Translations under genes and position numbers: made by a program
The notes under the pieces: generated by a model
What the model saw: the letters and a program-made list of their open reading frames with translations, nothing else
What the model was told of the DNA's origin: nothing
Database searches by the model: none
Assembly: GCA_049903315.1 (NCBI GenBank)
Contig: JBNGBT010000001.1
Span: 224,001 to 288,000, forward strand
Source: Candidatus Cloacimonadota bacterium
GTDB taxonomy: Bacteria; Cloacimonadota; Cloacimonadia; JGIOTU-2
Length of the DNA stretch: 64,000 nucleotides
Reading direction: 5' to 3'
Shown: positions 28,081 to 38,700 of the stretch, piece by piece
How the letters are laid out: every line of letters begins with the position of its first letter
How positions within the stretch are numbered: the first letter of the stretch is position 1

Positions 28081-29592
28081 GTGAAAAAAAGTATATTATT
28101 TATTATTAGTTTTCTTGTGGTCTGTTCATTCTCCCTTCATGCACAGATACGGCTGGAAGGTTATCTCGAAAGTTCATTCGGCACGAAATATGAATCCGAC
28201 AGCTTCCATTGGAATATTTGGGATCCCGATTTCAAGGTTGAGTTCCGGTTATTTGCTCATCCTATTGCTAATTCTGAAGCGTATGTGAAATTCTATGGTG
28301 ATAAATGGAACGAGCATGGGCAGATGACGGATCATTCTGAAGCGATCCTTGCAGAAGCCCACCTTTCCTACAGGCAGGAAAAGAACGGATTCGGATTCAA
28401 TACGGTTTTGTTCACCCGGGAAAATAATCACTATTGGACGGATGGTTCTCTACTCAATGTACTAAATTCGGGCTCGGTCAATAATGACGGCAACGGGCAA
28501 GGTGTGAGGTTCGATCTCTGGGAACCCTGGGGCGGAAGCGCAACGTATGTGTTTTCAGATTTCTCGCAAGGAGACAGTGACGATATCCATCTTGTCAGAC
28601 TTAGGCAGAATTTGTTGAAGGATAAGCTCAAAACCGGAATGTTCTATCAGAGAAAAAATTATGGGATCGGTGATAAAAATTCCTACAATGAAGTATTTGC
28701 ATTTGATGAACATGCTGAGATCGGTAAATACCAAGTCAACTTTGAAATGGCTTTCTCCAGCGTTCCCTCAGAGCAGGATGTTAAGGATACCCTAAAATAC
28801 TACAGAGATCAAAGCAGTAAGTATTTTGAAGATGGCGATTACATCAGCGGACTTCGAGAATTTTTCAAAGGAAATGTCGCAGCAAAAATGGAGTTCCGCG
28901 GCTTCAGGGTTGGTCATCCCAATTTTGGCTACTGGTTTATCAATCCCGGCGTATGGACATATGGAAAATGCTATAAGAACTATATGGGTGAGAACAAATC
29001 AGATGAATTTGGCATCTGGGTGAATACCTACTATTTTGTTCCTCAAAGAGCTATAACGCTTACTTTGAATTACTCGCAAAACCAGAAGCTTGAAGGTGAA
29101 CAATATTCCACAGGAGTGAGTCTCGATCCTGTGAGAAATCTTTATGGAGAAGCATATATTGAATTTGTGAACGGCTTCAAGGGTAAGGTTTACTATAATA
29201 TGAAGGACGAGGTCTGGCACGGGAAAAATTATAAACATAATGATTTTTTTGCTGAGCTTTCTGTAGAAAACCGCTTGGCAAAATTACTGACACAGTTCAA
29301 AATAAAAGATATTGGTGAAACCTGGGAAAAACAAATTGCAGGTATTGAATGTGCTGTGAATCTCTCTGACCGCTGGCGGGCTTTTGCCCGTGGTCTTGTC
29401 GTGAATGACAGGGTCGGTTCTCGCATGAGCTTTTTCGGAGAGCTTCAATACCGCATCGGCGGCAATTCTGAAATTTATCTTCAATATGGTCCGAGCTGGT
29501 ATGGCGGATACGGACTCGTAAATGACGACAGTTTTGTGTCCGGCGGCACAATGCAGGATGAGATCAGAGTCGTTTTCAAAGCATGGTTTTAA
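28081..29592 (+). CDS. Putative outer-membrane beta-barrel protein, unknown family
   Basis: GTG start 28081 gives a signal peptide (..SLHA/Q); aromatic-rich amphipathic strands; C-terminal IRVVFKAWF beta-signal. Confidence 0.65.
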   Translation: MKKSILFIISFLVVCSFSLHAQIRLEGYLESSFGTKYESDSFHWNIWDPDFKVEFRLFAHPIANSEAYVKFYGDKWNEHGQMTDHSEAILAEAHLSYRQEKNGFGFNTVLFTRENNHYWTDGSLLNVLNSGSVNNDGNGQGVRFDLWEPWGGSATYVFSDFSQGDSDDIHLVRLRQNLLKDKLKTGMFYQRKNYGIGDKNSYNEVFAFDEHAEIGKYQVNFEMAFSSVPSEQDVKDTLKYYRDQSSKYFEDGDYISGLREFFKGNVAAKMEFRGFRVGHPNFGYWFINPGVWTYGKCYKNYMGENKSDEFGIWVNTYYFVPQRAITLTLNYSQNQKLEGEQYSTGVSLDPVRNLYGEAYIEFVNGFKGKVYYNMKDEVWHGKNYKHNDFFAELSVENRLAKLLTQFKIKDIGETWEKQIAGIECAVNLSDRWRAFARGLVVNDRVGSRMSFFGELQYRIGGNSEIYLQYGPSWYGGYGLVNDDSFVSGGTMQDEIRVVFKAWF

Positions 29593-29611
29593 CAGGATAT
29601 AAGGAGTAATA

Positions 29612-31555
29612 GTGAGAAAAGTAATACTTTTCATAATAATGTTTTGTTGGGTCAGCATGGCTTTTGCCGGTGTCTCGATAACAAAAAAAGGTGTGGAATT
29701 CTTTTATGAAGCACCGAATGCAGGTACGGTGTCCGTTGCTGGTGAATTCAATGAGTGGAACACGTCAGCACATGTCATGAAACTTGGTGATGACGGTGTG
29801 TGGAGAATTGTCATTCCGCTTTCTTCAGGTTCCTATATGTACAAGTTCGTTGCAGATGACAACTGGATTACTGATCCGGACAATCCCAAACAGAAGGATG
29901 ACGGCTATGGCGGTATGAACTCTCTTGTCGAAGTTACTGCTGGTGGTGAACTTATTGTGAGCAGCGAACCGGTGAAACAGGAAGGAATACGAACTTTGCT
30001 TAATCCGAAAGTGCTGTTTGACGGACGGATGTATTCACAAAATCTCTTTAATAAAGAAGATTATAATGACAAGCTGATGCTCGACAAACCCTTGTTCGAT
30101 ATCAATCTCGGCGTGAAGGTCAAATTCAATTCGCAGGTCGAGGGCTATACGGTCATGAATATCAACAACATCGCTGAAGGTGTTGATATGTGGAAAACCC
30201 ATCTGAATTTCAAACGAAGCTACCTCAAACTCGATACGCAATATTTTCTGGTGCAGGCATTCGATAAATACGGATTTCTTACCTTTGATGATCCTCTTCA
30301 CCTCGTGGGTGATATCGGCTGTAGAAGTTATAATTTCGGTTACGATGTGATGGGCATATATGGTCGCTCTAACCTGCCGATGTTCATGCTTCCAATTGTT
30401 GGAATTCCTATGCAATTTCAGGCAGAAGGAGTTTTTGCAGATAACGCAGGCGATGATGATACCGACATAAGTGCATTCAGGGGAAAAGTGTTCTTTGATG
30501 TGATACCGGAAACAACTTCTGTAAGGTTCGGATTCGGTGAATATCATGCACAAATGCCTGTGAGTACGACTTCTTCAAAGGAACATACAAGTAATGAATT
30601 TGATATACAGGCTTCTTATTCGATGGATCAACCCGGGTGGCAAAATCCGATGGAGTTCGTTTTATCTGGTGAATATTACCAATTCAAAGATACCGATAAT
30701 GTCAATATGGATTCATTGAAAACAGACTTTGCAAAAGGTGACAGAATATTTGCCGGGCTGGAAGTAAATTTCCCCGCAGCATTGAAGGTCTTTGCTCATT
30801 TCCAAAGAAACAAGCTTGAGTTCGCAAGAGATATCACAAAGAACCGGCTTACGCTTGGTGGAGAATTTTCTACAGAAAAGCTTGTTGCCAAAGTTGCAAT
30901 GAGTACGTGGAAAACAGATTTTGCGGACAGTCTTGTCACATGGAATGATTACTTTGTGTACATGGAAAAGACAGACGGAAACGGTCGTTGGTTCCAGAAA
31001 TATACAAATGTGCCTTATGCGCAGTATACACTTATGGGTTATGAAACTGCAATGTATTGGGATTTTCTGTTCGGGTATGATTTTGAACTCCTGAATCAGA
31101 AATTCCATGCCGGTTATGAAGGCAAAATAGCACAGCAGGATATCAAATACGAGCCCAAGTTGATCGAGAACATTGCAACTCTTCAATGGGATATATCACC
31201 TCAATGGTCACTCTATACCGATCTCCGTGTGCCGATATATAACGATCCATTCCTACAGGTTAAAACTGATTTCAGTGAGTGGAAGGATGTGTTCTGGTGC
31301 AATTTTACCAGTTTGACCTACCATCTGAGCAGAAGCATTGACCTCTCATTATACTGGGGCGTGAATCCCATAGCGCTCAGCAATGTGACCGATGAGTTTT
31401 TGCCGATCGGCAGATTCGAATATATGAATGAAATTGGAAATTTCGAGAACTATCTTGAAAACAGTTATACAGGACTCGGTGAACAGATACGAGAAGCTGA
31501 AAAGTCACTCACGGAAAAGCAGCGCATCGGCGTCGAAGCTGTATTGAGATTTTAA
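29612..31555 (+). CDS. CBM48-like glycogen-binding domain fused to a putative outer-membrane beta-barrel
   Basis: Signal peptide; VSVAGEFNEW...GVW...YMYKFVADDNWITDPDNP..DDGYGGMNS; then amphipathic strands ending IGVEAVLRF. Confidence 0.72.
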   Translation: MRKVILFIIMFCWVSMAFAGVSITKKGVEFFYEAPNAGTVSVAGEFNEWNTSAHVMKLGDDGVWRIVIPLSSGSYMYKFVADDNWITDPDNPKQKDDGYGGMNSLVEVTAGGELIVSSEPVKQEGIRTLLNPKVLFDGRMYSQNLFNKEDYNDKLMLDKPLFDINLGVKVKFNSQVEGYTVMNINNIAEGVDMWKTHLNFKRSYLKLDTQYFLVQAFDKYGFLTFDDPLHLVGDIGCRSYNFGYDVMGIYGRSNLPMFMLPIVGIPMQFQAEGVFADNAGDDDTDISAFRGKVFFDVIPETTSVRFGFGEYHAQMPVSTTSSKEHTSNEFDIQASYSMDQPGWQNPMEFVLSGEYYQFKDTDNVNMDSLKTDFAKGDRIFAGLEVNFPAALKVFAHFQRNKLEFARDITKNRLTLGGEFSTEKLVAKVAMSTWKTDFADSLVTWNDYFVYMEKTDGNGRWFQKYTNVPYAQYTLMGYETAMYWDFLFGYDFELLNQKFHAGYEGKIAQQDIKYEPKLIENIATLQWDISPQWSLYTDLRVPIYNDPFLQVKTDFSEWKDVFWCNFTSLTYHLSRSIDLSLYWGVNPIALSNVTDEFLPIGRFEYMNEIGNFENYLENSYTGLGEQIREAEKSLTEKQRIGVEAVLRF

Positions 31556-31567
31556 GGAGTCCGCATC

Positions 31568-31993
31568 ATGAAAAAAATAGTTGCATTTATCCTAGTTATT
31601 TCACTGCTTTTCCTTTCAGCATGTTCAATGAACTTCATCAAGAAGCGTTTGCCTGCTCCTCATCAAATACCGGGTGGAGGAATCCTGTTCCAGTTTGACG
31701 CTCCGTCTGCACGTATTGTCACTCTTTCGGGAAGTTTCCCTGATAATATGTGGAGTGGAACTGCATCTTCATCTGGAAGTTTCAATGAGAATATTGATAA
31801 GATGTATGATGACGGCACACATGGTGACAGGATCGCTGAAGACGGTATCTGGTCTATCGTGAAGCAGCTTGCTCCCGGCAGATATGAATATAAATATGTT
31901 ATTGACAGAAACACCTGGGTGAAAGACCCCAATGCGTTCGAAGTGATCGATGATGGTTACGGCGGAAGCAATTCTGTCCTGATCATAAATTAA
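31568..31993 (+). CDS. Small lipoprotein, single CBM48-like domain with DDGxxGDxxAxDG insert
   Basis: Lipobox LSAC; MYDDGTHGDRIAEDGIWS; YEYKYVIDRNTWVKDPN..DDGYGGSNS. Confidence 0.75.
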   Translation: MKKIVAFILVISLLFLSACSMNFIKKRLPAPHQIPGGGILFQFDAPSARIVTLSGSFPDNMWSGTASSSGSFNENIDKMYDDGTHGDRIAEDGIWSIVKQLAPGRYEYKYVIDRNTWVKDPNAFEVIDDGYGGSNSVLIIN

Positions 31994-32006
31994 TTTTGAG
32001 GTACAT

Positions 32007-32714
32007 ATGAAAAAAATATTTTTATTACTTTCCTTATTCGCAATCCTGTTCTATCTCGGGTGTGATAAAACACCCTATGAAATACCCTTCGATTCAATAC
32101 GAGCAGTTATTTTTGACGTTAATATGAAACTAAAAATTGATGATGGAACTTTCAATCCCGATACCGACACTTTAAGTATCAACGGCACTTTTAATAATTG
32201 GACTGCCCACGAAATGTACGACATAGATGATGACAGCATCTATACAAGTACTTTCCCGAACTTGATCAATGGAGGTACATATGAGTATAGATATGGTATT
32301 AATGGTGTTTTGGAAGATCTCGGTGGTGATAATAGGGTTTATACTGTAAAATCAGAAGATAATATTACAGCTGATTTCTATGGTGAGTTAGATCCAACAA
32401 TCGTTACATTTCAAGTTAATATGAATTATCAAGTCGAATTAGGATACTTCGTATTTGGTAGTGATTTTCTTGATGTCGCAGGAAATTTCAATAATTGGGA
32501 AGGTTCTGCCCATCTCGTCGATCTCGAAGGTGACGGCATCTATGAAATTACATATTATAACATGGTTCCTGATCAGCAATTAGAATTTAAATTCCGCATA
32601 AATGGTAGTTGGGACACAGCAGAATTTCCTGGAGGTGGTCCTAATAGAACATATACTGTTGTAGCCGGAGAGAATATTCCATATTATTGGTATAACGATG
32701 AACAACCTGAGTAA
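32007..32714 (+). CDS. Lipoprotein with two CBM20-like domains
   Basis: Lipobox YLGC; two copies of V.F.VNM...GxFNNW...DxDxDxIY...(Y/F).(Y/F).ING...NR. Confidence 0.75.
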   Translation: MKKIFLLLSLFAILFYLGCDKTPYEIPFDSIRAVIFDVNMKLKIDDGTFNPDTDTLSINGTFNNWTAHEMYDIDDDSIYTSTFPNLINGGTYEYRYGINGVLEDLGGDNRVYTVKSEDNITADFYGELDPTIVTFQVNMNYQVELGYFVFGSDFLDVAGNFNNWEGSAHLVDLEGDGIYEITYYNMVPDQQLEFKFRINGSWDTAEFPGGGPNRTYTVVAGENIPYYWYNDEQPE

Positions 32715-32768
32715 AAATATAACCCAATATAATATTATGAAATAGAAAATATATACGGAGGAACATAC

Positions 32769-35687
32769 ATGAAACGTATACACTTTTTACTCCTTATCAT
32801 TCCGCTCATCCTCACAGGATGCGGAACACTGGGATTTGGCTCTTTCGAAGGTAAGCCACCTCAGACAGCGACAATAGCCCAAGCAGAGGGTGGCACAACT
32901 TTTTCATATGAAGCACCCGATGCAGCAAGTGTCTTTGTCGCAGGTGATTTTAATTCCTGGGATCCCCAGGCTGATCCTATGATCAAGCAGGACGATGTAT
33001 GGGTGATCACACTCGACCTAGAACCAGAATCATATCAATATAAATTTGTTGTGAATGGCTCGGAATGGATGCCTGATCCCAACAATCCCACGACTGCTGA
33101 TGACGGATATGGGGGACAAAATTCAGTAATAACAATTGGAGAGAAACCAATGGCAACTTTTGTTCAAGAAGAAACGAAACCACAAAGCGGTGTTTTTCCT
33201 GTCACCTTTGAATATCAACCTCTTACCGGTGGCAAACATGACGTGTACCTTGCTGGCGAATTTAATAACTGGTCAGACAAGGATATACAACTTAAAGAAG
33301 ATAACGGAATATACAAAACCACAGTTCAACTTCCCAAAGGTAAATTCACCTATAAGTTCGTTGTGGACGGCAACTGGGTAACTGATGAGAATGCAGCAGA
33401 ATTTATCGGCGATGGATTTGGCGGACAAAATTCCGTTGTATTCGTGGGTAAAAAAGAGGATATAGAAGCTCTTTATAAAGTAGAATTCTCATATCGTCCC
33501 GATAAAGAAGGTGTGAATGATGTGTATCTTGCAGGCTCTTTCAATGGCTGGAATCAGAAAGCCAATATGATGGAAGAAACTGAAGATGGGCTTTTTGAAA
33601 CGACCCTCCTTCTCAAGGGTGGAGAATATCAGTACAAATTCGTGGTGAACGGAACGGACTGGATCACAGATTTGAGCGTGTCCCGTTTTGGCGACGACGG
33701 ATTCGGTGGTCAGAATTCCATTTTAGACGTAGATGAACGCTATCCAAAAGTTCAGATAGAAATGAGCGACGGAAACGTTATGACGTATGGAATCCCGACC
33801 GATCAATCTCTGGAAACGATCAATCCGCTTTCCGATACAAAAATAGAATTCAAAGCCCGTGCACATCGCAACGACCTTGAAAATATTTATTTGTGGAAAG
33901 ACGGAGAAAAGATCGAGATGGATTTTGTGGATGCGGATGACACCTTTGATTATTATCATAAAATAATTGAACTTAGTTCACCTGATGATGAGTTTGATTA
34001 CTACTTCATTTATGTAGATGGCGGCAAGGAATTCTATCTTCTTAACGGCGCTTTGACCGAGAACTTTGATGAAGATATGGTATTTCATTATTCCAAGGAA
34101 GCAGTGGAGCCCTTCTTTACACCGGACTGGGTAAAGAACGGAGTTATTTACCAGATATTCTGTGACAGATTCTACAATGGCGACAAGTCAAATGACCAGG
34201 ATTTCACAGAATGGTATTATAAAGGCGTGAACCAGCCGCCAGCACCCGGAAAAAAATTACCGGCGAACAAACAATATTTCCACCTTGTTGATGACTGGTA
34301 TGATATTTCCAGTTTGAAAAGCAATCCATACAGACATGACGGCAAACCGGATTGGTGGTCATTTTACGGTGGTGACATCGAAGGTGTGCGTCAAAAGCTT
34401 GGCTACCTTGAAGACCTTGGAGTGACGATTATATATTTCAATCCACTCTTTGAAGCAAAGTCAAATCATAAGTACGATGCAGTGGATTATATGAAACTCG
34501 ATCCTCATTTCGGCACTCCGGAAGAGTTCAAGAAGTTTGTACAAGAAGCACATGAGCGTGGCATTCATGTGATCATCGACTGTGCTTTCAATCATACAGG
34601 CGAGACATTCTGGGCATTTCAGGATGCACTTGAAAAAGGACCCGATTCGCCCTACTGGCACTGGTACGAGATAAAGAAGTGGCCCCTGCCCGATCCTGTT
34701 CCTGCAAACTATAATCCCGCAGATTATTATGAATGCTGGTGGGGTGTAGGTGAGATGCCGGATCTCAACTGGGATCTGACACTTCCTAATCCTGCTGAAA
34801 ATAGTATTAAAAATATAGATGATGCCGATCCTAACTGGGATGTGGTGAACTATGTCCTCGATGTCGCAGATTACTGGATCAAAGACATGGATTGTGATGG
34901 TTTCCGTTTGGATGTACCGAATGAAGTTCCTTTCTGGTTCTGGGAGTTGTTCCGCGATAAAGTAAAATCTATCAAACCAGATGCATATCTCGTTGGCGAA
35001 CTCTGGGGCAATGCCACAGATTGGGTGAACAGCCACTATTTTGATGCAGTGATGAACTACGCCTTCTTCAAAGATCCTGTGATGCGTTTCTTCGCGATGA
35101 GAAGCTGCAGCGCTAAGACCTTTGACAGAGACATCAAGCAGGGCTTGCTTGCATATCCTATCCAGGCAGTGCAATGTATGATGAACCTCATAGACAGCCA
35201 TGATACATTCCGTTATCTTGAATCCATTAAAGGTGATCTTGGCAAATTAAGACTCACCATGCTTTTCTCTATGACCTATGTCGGTGCTCCCCATATCTGG
35301 TATGGCGATGAGATCGGCATGATGGGTGCTCATGATCCGGACTGCCGCAGACCAATGAACTGGAAATATACCGAAGATAAAGAAAAGGTCGCCCTGCGAG
35401 ACTGGTATAAAAAACTGATACAGATCAGGAAAAAATTCTCATGCCTACGCACAGGCGACTTCCATACAGTGCTTACGGACGGCATGGTCTATGCATATAA
35501 ACGAAGTGATGATAACTGCTCTATAACGGTGGTGATCAACAATGATACACAAGCTCATACAGTAAAAATTCCTTTCAATGAAGGACAGAAATCTGCAATA
35601 AATCTTCTGGATGATATGTCATTTCAAATTACTGATGGCGAAATCGAGATCACTCTCAAGCCAATGAGTGGTGCGATACTTAAATAA
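32769..35687 (+). CDS. GH13 neopullulanase/cyclomaltodextrinase-like lipoprotein with three N-terminal CBM48-like domains
   Basis: Lipobox LTGC; 3x AGxFNxW...YKFVV...DGxGGQNS; catalytic motifs DCAFNH, MPDLN, GFRLDVPNE, GELWG, IDSHDT, YGDEIG. Confidence 0.92.
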   Translation: MKRIHFLLLIIPLILTGCGTLGFGSFEGKPPQTATIAQAEGGTTFSYEAPDAASVFVAGDFNSWDPQADPMIKQDDVWVITLDLEPESYQYKFVVNGSEWMPDPNNPTTADDGYGGQNSVITIGEKPMATFVQEETKPQSGVFPVTFEYQPLTGGKHDVYLAGEFNNWSDKDIQLKEDNGIYKTTVQLPKGKFTYKFVVDGNWVTDENAAEFIGDGFGGQNSVVFVGKKEDIEALYKVEFSYRPDKEGVNDVYLAGSFNGWNQKANMMEETEDGLFETTLLLKGGEYQYKFVVNGTDWITDLSVSRFGDDGFGGQNSILDVDERYPKVQIEMSDGNVMTYGIPTDQSLETINPLSDTKIEFKARAHRNDLENIYLWKDGEKIEMDFVDADDTFDYYHKIIELSSPDDEFDYYFIYVDGGKEFYLLNGALTENFDEDMVFHYSKEAVEPFFTPDWVKNGVIYQIFCDRFYNGDKSNDQDFTEWYYKGVNQPPAPGKKLPANKQYFHLVDDWYDISSLKSNPYRHDGKPDWWSFYGGDIEGVRQKLGYLEDLGVTIIYFNPLFEAKSNHKYDAVDYMKLDPHFGTPEEFKKFVQEAHERGIHVIIDCAFNHTGETFWAFQDALEKGPDSPYWHWYEIKKWPLPDPVPANYNPADYYECWWGVGEMPDLNWDLTLPNPAENSIKNIDDADPNWDVVNYVLDVADYWIKDMDCDGFRLDVPNEVPFWFWELFRDKVKSIKPDAYLVGELWGNATDWVNSHYFDAVMNYAFFKDPVMRFFAMRSCSAKTFDRDIKQGLLAYPIQAVQCMMNLIDSHDTFRYLESIKGDLGKLRLTMLFSMTYVGAPHIWYGDEIGMMGAHDPDCRRPMNWKYTEDKEKVALRDWYKKLIQIRKKFSCLRTGDFHTVLTDGMVYAYKRSDDNCSITVVINNDTQAHTVKIPFNEGQKSAINLLDDMSFQITDGEIEITLKPMSGAILK

Positions 35688-35712
35688 ATTTTCCCTGCGA
35701 AATGGGGTACCT

Positions 35713-38700
35713 ATGAATAAAAAATGTACAGCGGTGTTGATAGGATTTCTTCTTGTTGCGGTCAATGCATTCGCTTTTACGATAACAGGAGACATCTCGA
35801 GCTGGCAAAAAGAAGATTTTATCAGCTTTGATGAAGTGGGGGACTGCGTAGCATCCTGCGGAGATATTACATCCGTATTCTCACGAGTCGAAAATGGAAC
35901 ACTCTTTTTAAGGATTACTTTTGATGACATGGTCCAGCGATCGCAAAACCATATCGTGAAAGATAATTTCCATGAGAAAGATATTGCTGCTATCGTCACT
36001 ATCTATGCAGGCAAGGAGAAGAAAGCACTCTTTCATAAGGAATTTTCTATGCAAGCTCTTGAGCAGAAAAATGGAGATGAGAAAATTCTTAGAACACGTG
36101 AATGCAATACCGTAGAGCACTCTATTCCTTTCGTGACCGAATTTGCCAAAGAAGACCTGACCTACAAAATCGATGTCATTATTGATGGCACAATTGTGGA
36201 CAATTTTATCGGAAAAGGGCAGACGCTCTTTCGAGGTGGCAACTGTGCATTTGTTCATCACGGCAACCAGGGGTTGACCTATACCGAGGTTTTTTATGGA
36301 CAGTATCCCCAGGAAACAAGCGGTTTCGATGAAGTGCTTGAAGTGCATGAAGCGACAAATATTCCCGGCAATTTTCACATGTCCGGAACACTCATGCCTG
36401 CTGCAGAATGGCATAATCCTGAATTTAATGATTGGCTGGAAACAGGAGCTGCAAGCGGATGGGTGGCTATGATGACCTCTGCGCTCGGACAGCACATGAT
36501 GCCCTTTGTGCAGAATGATATGAATAACTGGTCTGTGAACATCGAATGCGATATGGTGGATTACAGGTATAACTATATTCCACGTGTTGCATGGGTTCCT
36601 GAGCGCGTATGGCTTAATCCCGGGCAGTATCCTGATGCGGGTGTAATCGACTGGCTTGGTGATAACTGGCAGCAGTACGGTGTCGATGCAGTTATTCTTG
36701 ATGACAGTCCCCATTGCTGGAATGTGAATAAGAACAAGATCCACTGGATGAATAACGGCAGCGGTGTGACGCTTCGCGTGATTCCTATTGATAATGAATT
36801 CGTAGGAAAAATGCACTATGATGCGGACGGTGCAAAAAACTATATAAATTCACAAGGACAATACGAAATTGTCGTGTATGGCACTGACTGGGAAGTTGCC
36901 GCAGAAATGAACGAGCACCACAACTCATTCTTCCTGGATAACTATGAAAGTGTGCTCTGGTACTGCCATGACAACTATCCTGCAATAAATGTATGGAAGC
37001 TTGATGCTGCTTTGGCAAACGCAGACTTCAATGGCAGCAGCTTCGATATTACTCCCGGAACATACGGGCTTCTCGGCGGTGGCGACGGATATGGAGGAAG
37101 TAATAATAGCTGGTACACCCAATGGGCTGGTGCAGAATCTCATTCGGATTATCACTCGCCGAAATGGACCTACGGATATATATGGAATGATGTCTATAAC
37201 AATATCATAACATGTCCCGATAATGGTCTTTCTCAGCTTGCATGGTACACGCTCATGATCAATCTTCATGAAACCGGATGGCATACAAGCGGCGAGATCG
37301 CTGATTGGGAGCATCGCTATTCTGCACATATGAAAAATGCAAATGTCTATGCAGAAGCATCTCGATGGGCAAATGGTGACTATGTAGAAACAACTGCATC
37401 CTATCTTTCTGATATTGATAAAGATGGTGTCGATGAACTCATTATGTATAATGATAACGCATTTTATGTATTTGAAACAATTGGAGGAAAAGCAAACTGG
37501 ATATTCGTCAAAGATGGTTCGGGTAATGGCTATTCTGTGGTCGGTTCGGATGTGGCATATTGGTCGGAATCCGACGGTGATTATAATGAGAGCTCCAATA
37601 ATCACGTTGCAGCACTTTCGGATGTGTCACCCAATTATCAGAACGATCTCTATGCAATGGTCGTAAATACAGGCACTGGTGACAGCGTACAGGCAACACT
37701 TACAAAAAATGAAGTGAGCAAAGTAATATCTCTTCAAACCGGCGATTCTCACCTCGAAGTTCAGTACAGTTTTGGCAATGAAACAGGATACGTGAAATCC
37801 GGCTGGTCTTCCGATCTTCTCGATCTTATCTGGTCGGGAAAATCCAATCTGCAAAGAATGTGGGGGGACTGGGGAGAATATTGCGGACAAAGAAATTCTT
37901 CTTCCGGCGCAACAGGTGCGATCGTGATCGGTGATGCAGGTGCAGAATTCAATACAGAATTCGAAGGTACACTTGTCAAAGGAGATGAGATAAAAGGACA
38001 GGGTAGCTTTGTCGTGTATCTTTTTGCAGGATTTACCAGTGCGCCCTATGATCCAAATAATAACAAAGTTGTAGAGCTTGATGCACTCGCGGATGAACTT
38101 CAGGATAGCTATGCACCGCGCATTGTGAACGAAGCAGCATACCTCGTGGGTGACAGTAAACTTCAGATCATTTATAACGAACCCGTTCAAGAATTAAGTG
38201 CGATTGACCCCGGTCATTATTCATTTCAGAATTTCACAGGTTCATATTCAATAAATAATATTCAATTTTCACATGAGCGAAAAGTGACAATCACAATTAA
38301 TGAAAGCTTCCAGCCCGGCGATCTTGGTGATGTCGTTGTCTCTAATGTGCTTGATCTGCATGGAAATCTCATTGATCCTGATTACGATACCGGAGCAGTC
38401 ACAGAAATTATTACACCACATGTTGTCGGCTCGATGAACGGATGGACACCCGGCAATCATGATTATGATTTCTTATTGATGGATAATGGTGTATGGCAGT
38501 CAGTGCTCTCGCTTCCCACAGGCAGTTATGAGTACAAGGTCATAGAAAGCAATAGCTGGAACGGCAATGACTGGCCCGGAGAAAATCAATCATTTGTTCT
38601 GGGAGAAGCATCGGTCATAACGATCTACGCGAATTGCGGTATTATGGTTGGAGAACAGAACTATGACGAGTATGTTTTCCACAGTCCAAATCCGCCTGTG

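Noticed and set aside
28081..31555. SusC/TonB-dependent receptor or LamB call
   Set aside because: Too short for SusC, with no plug or TonB motifs, and no LamB signature recognised.
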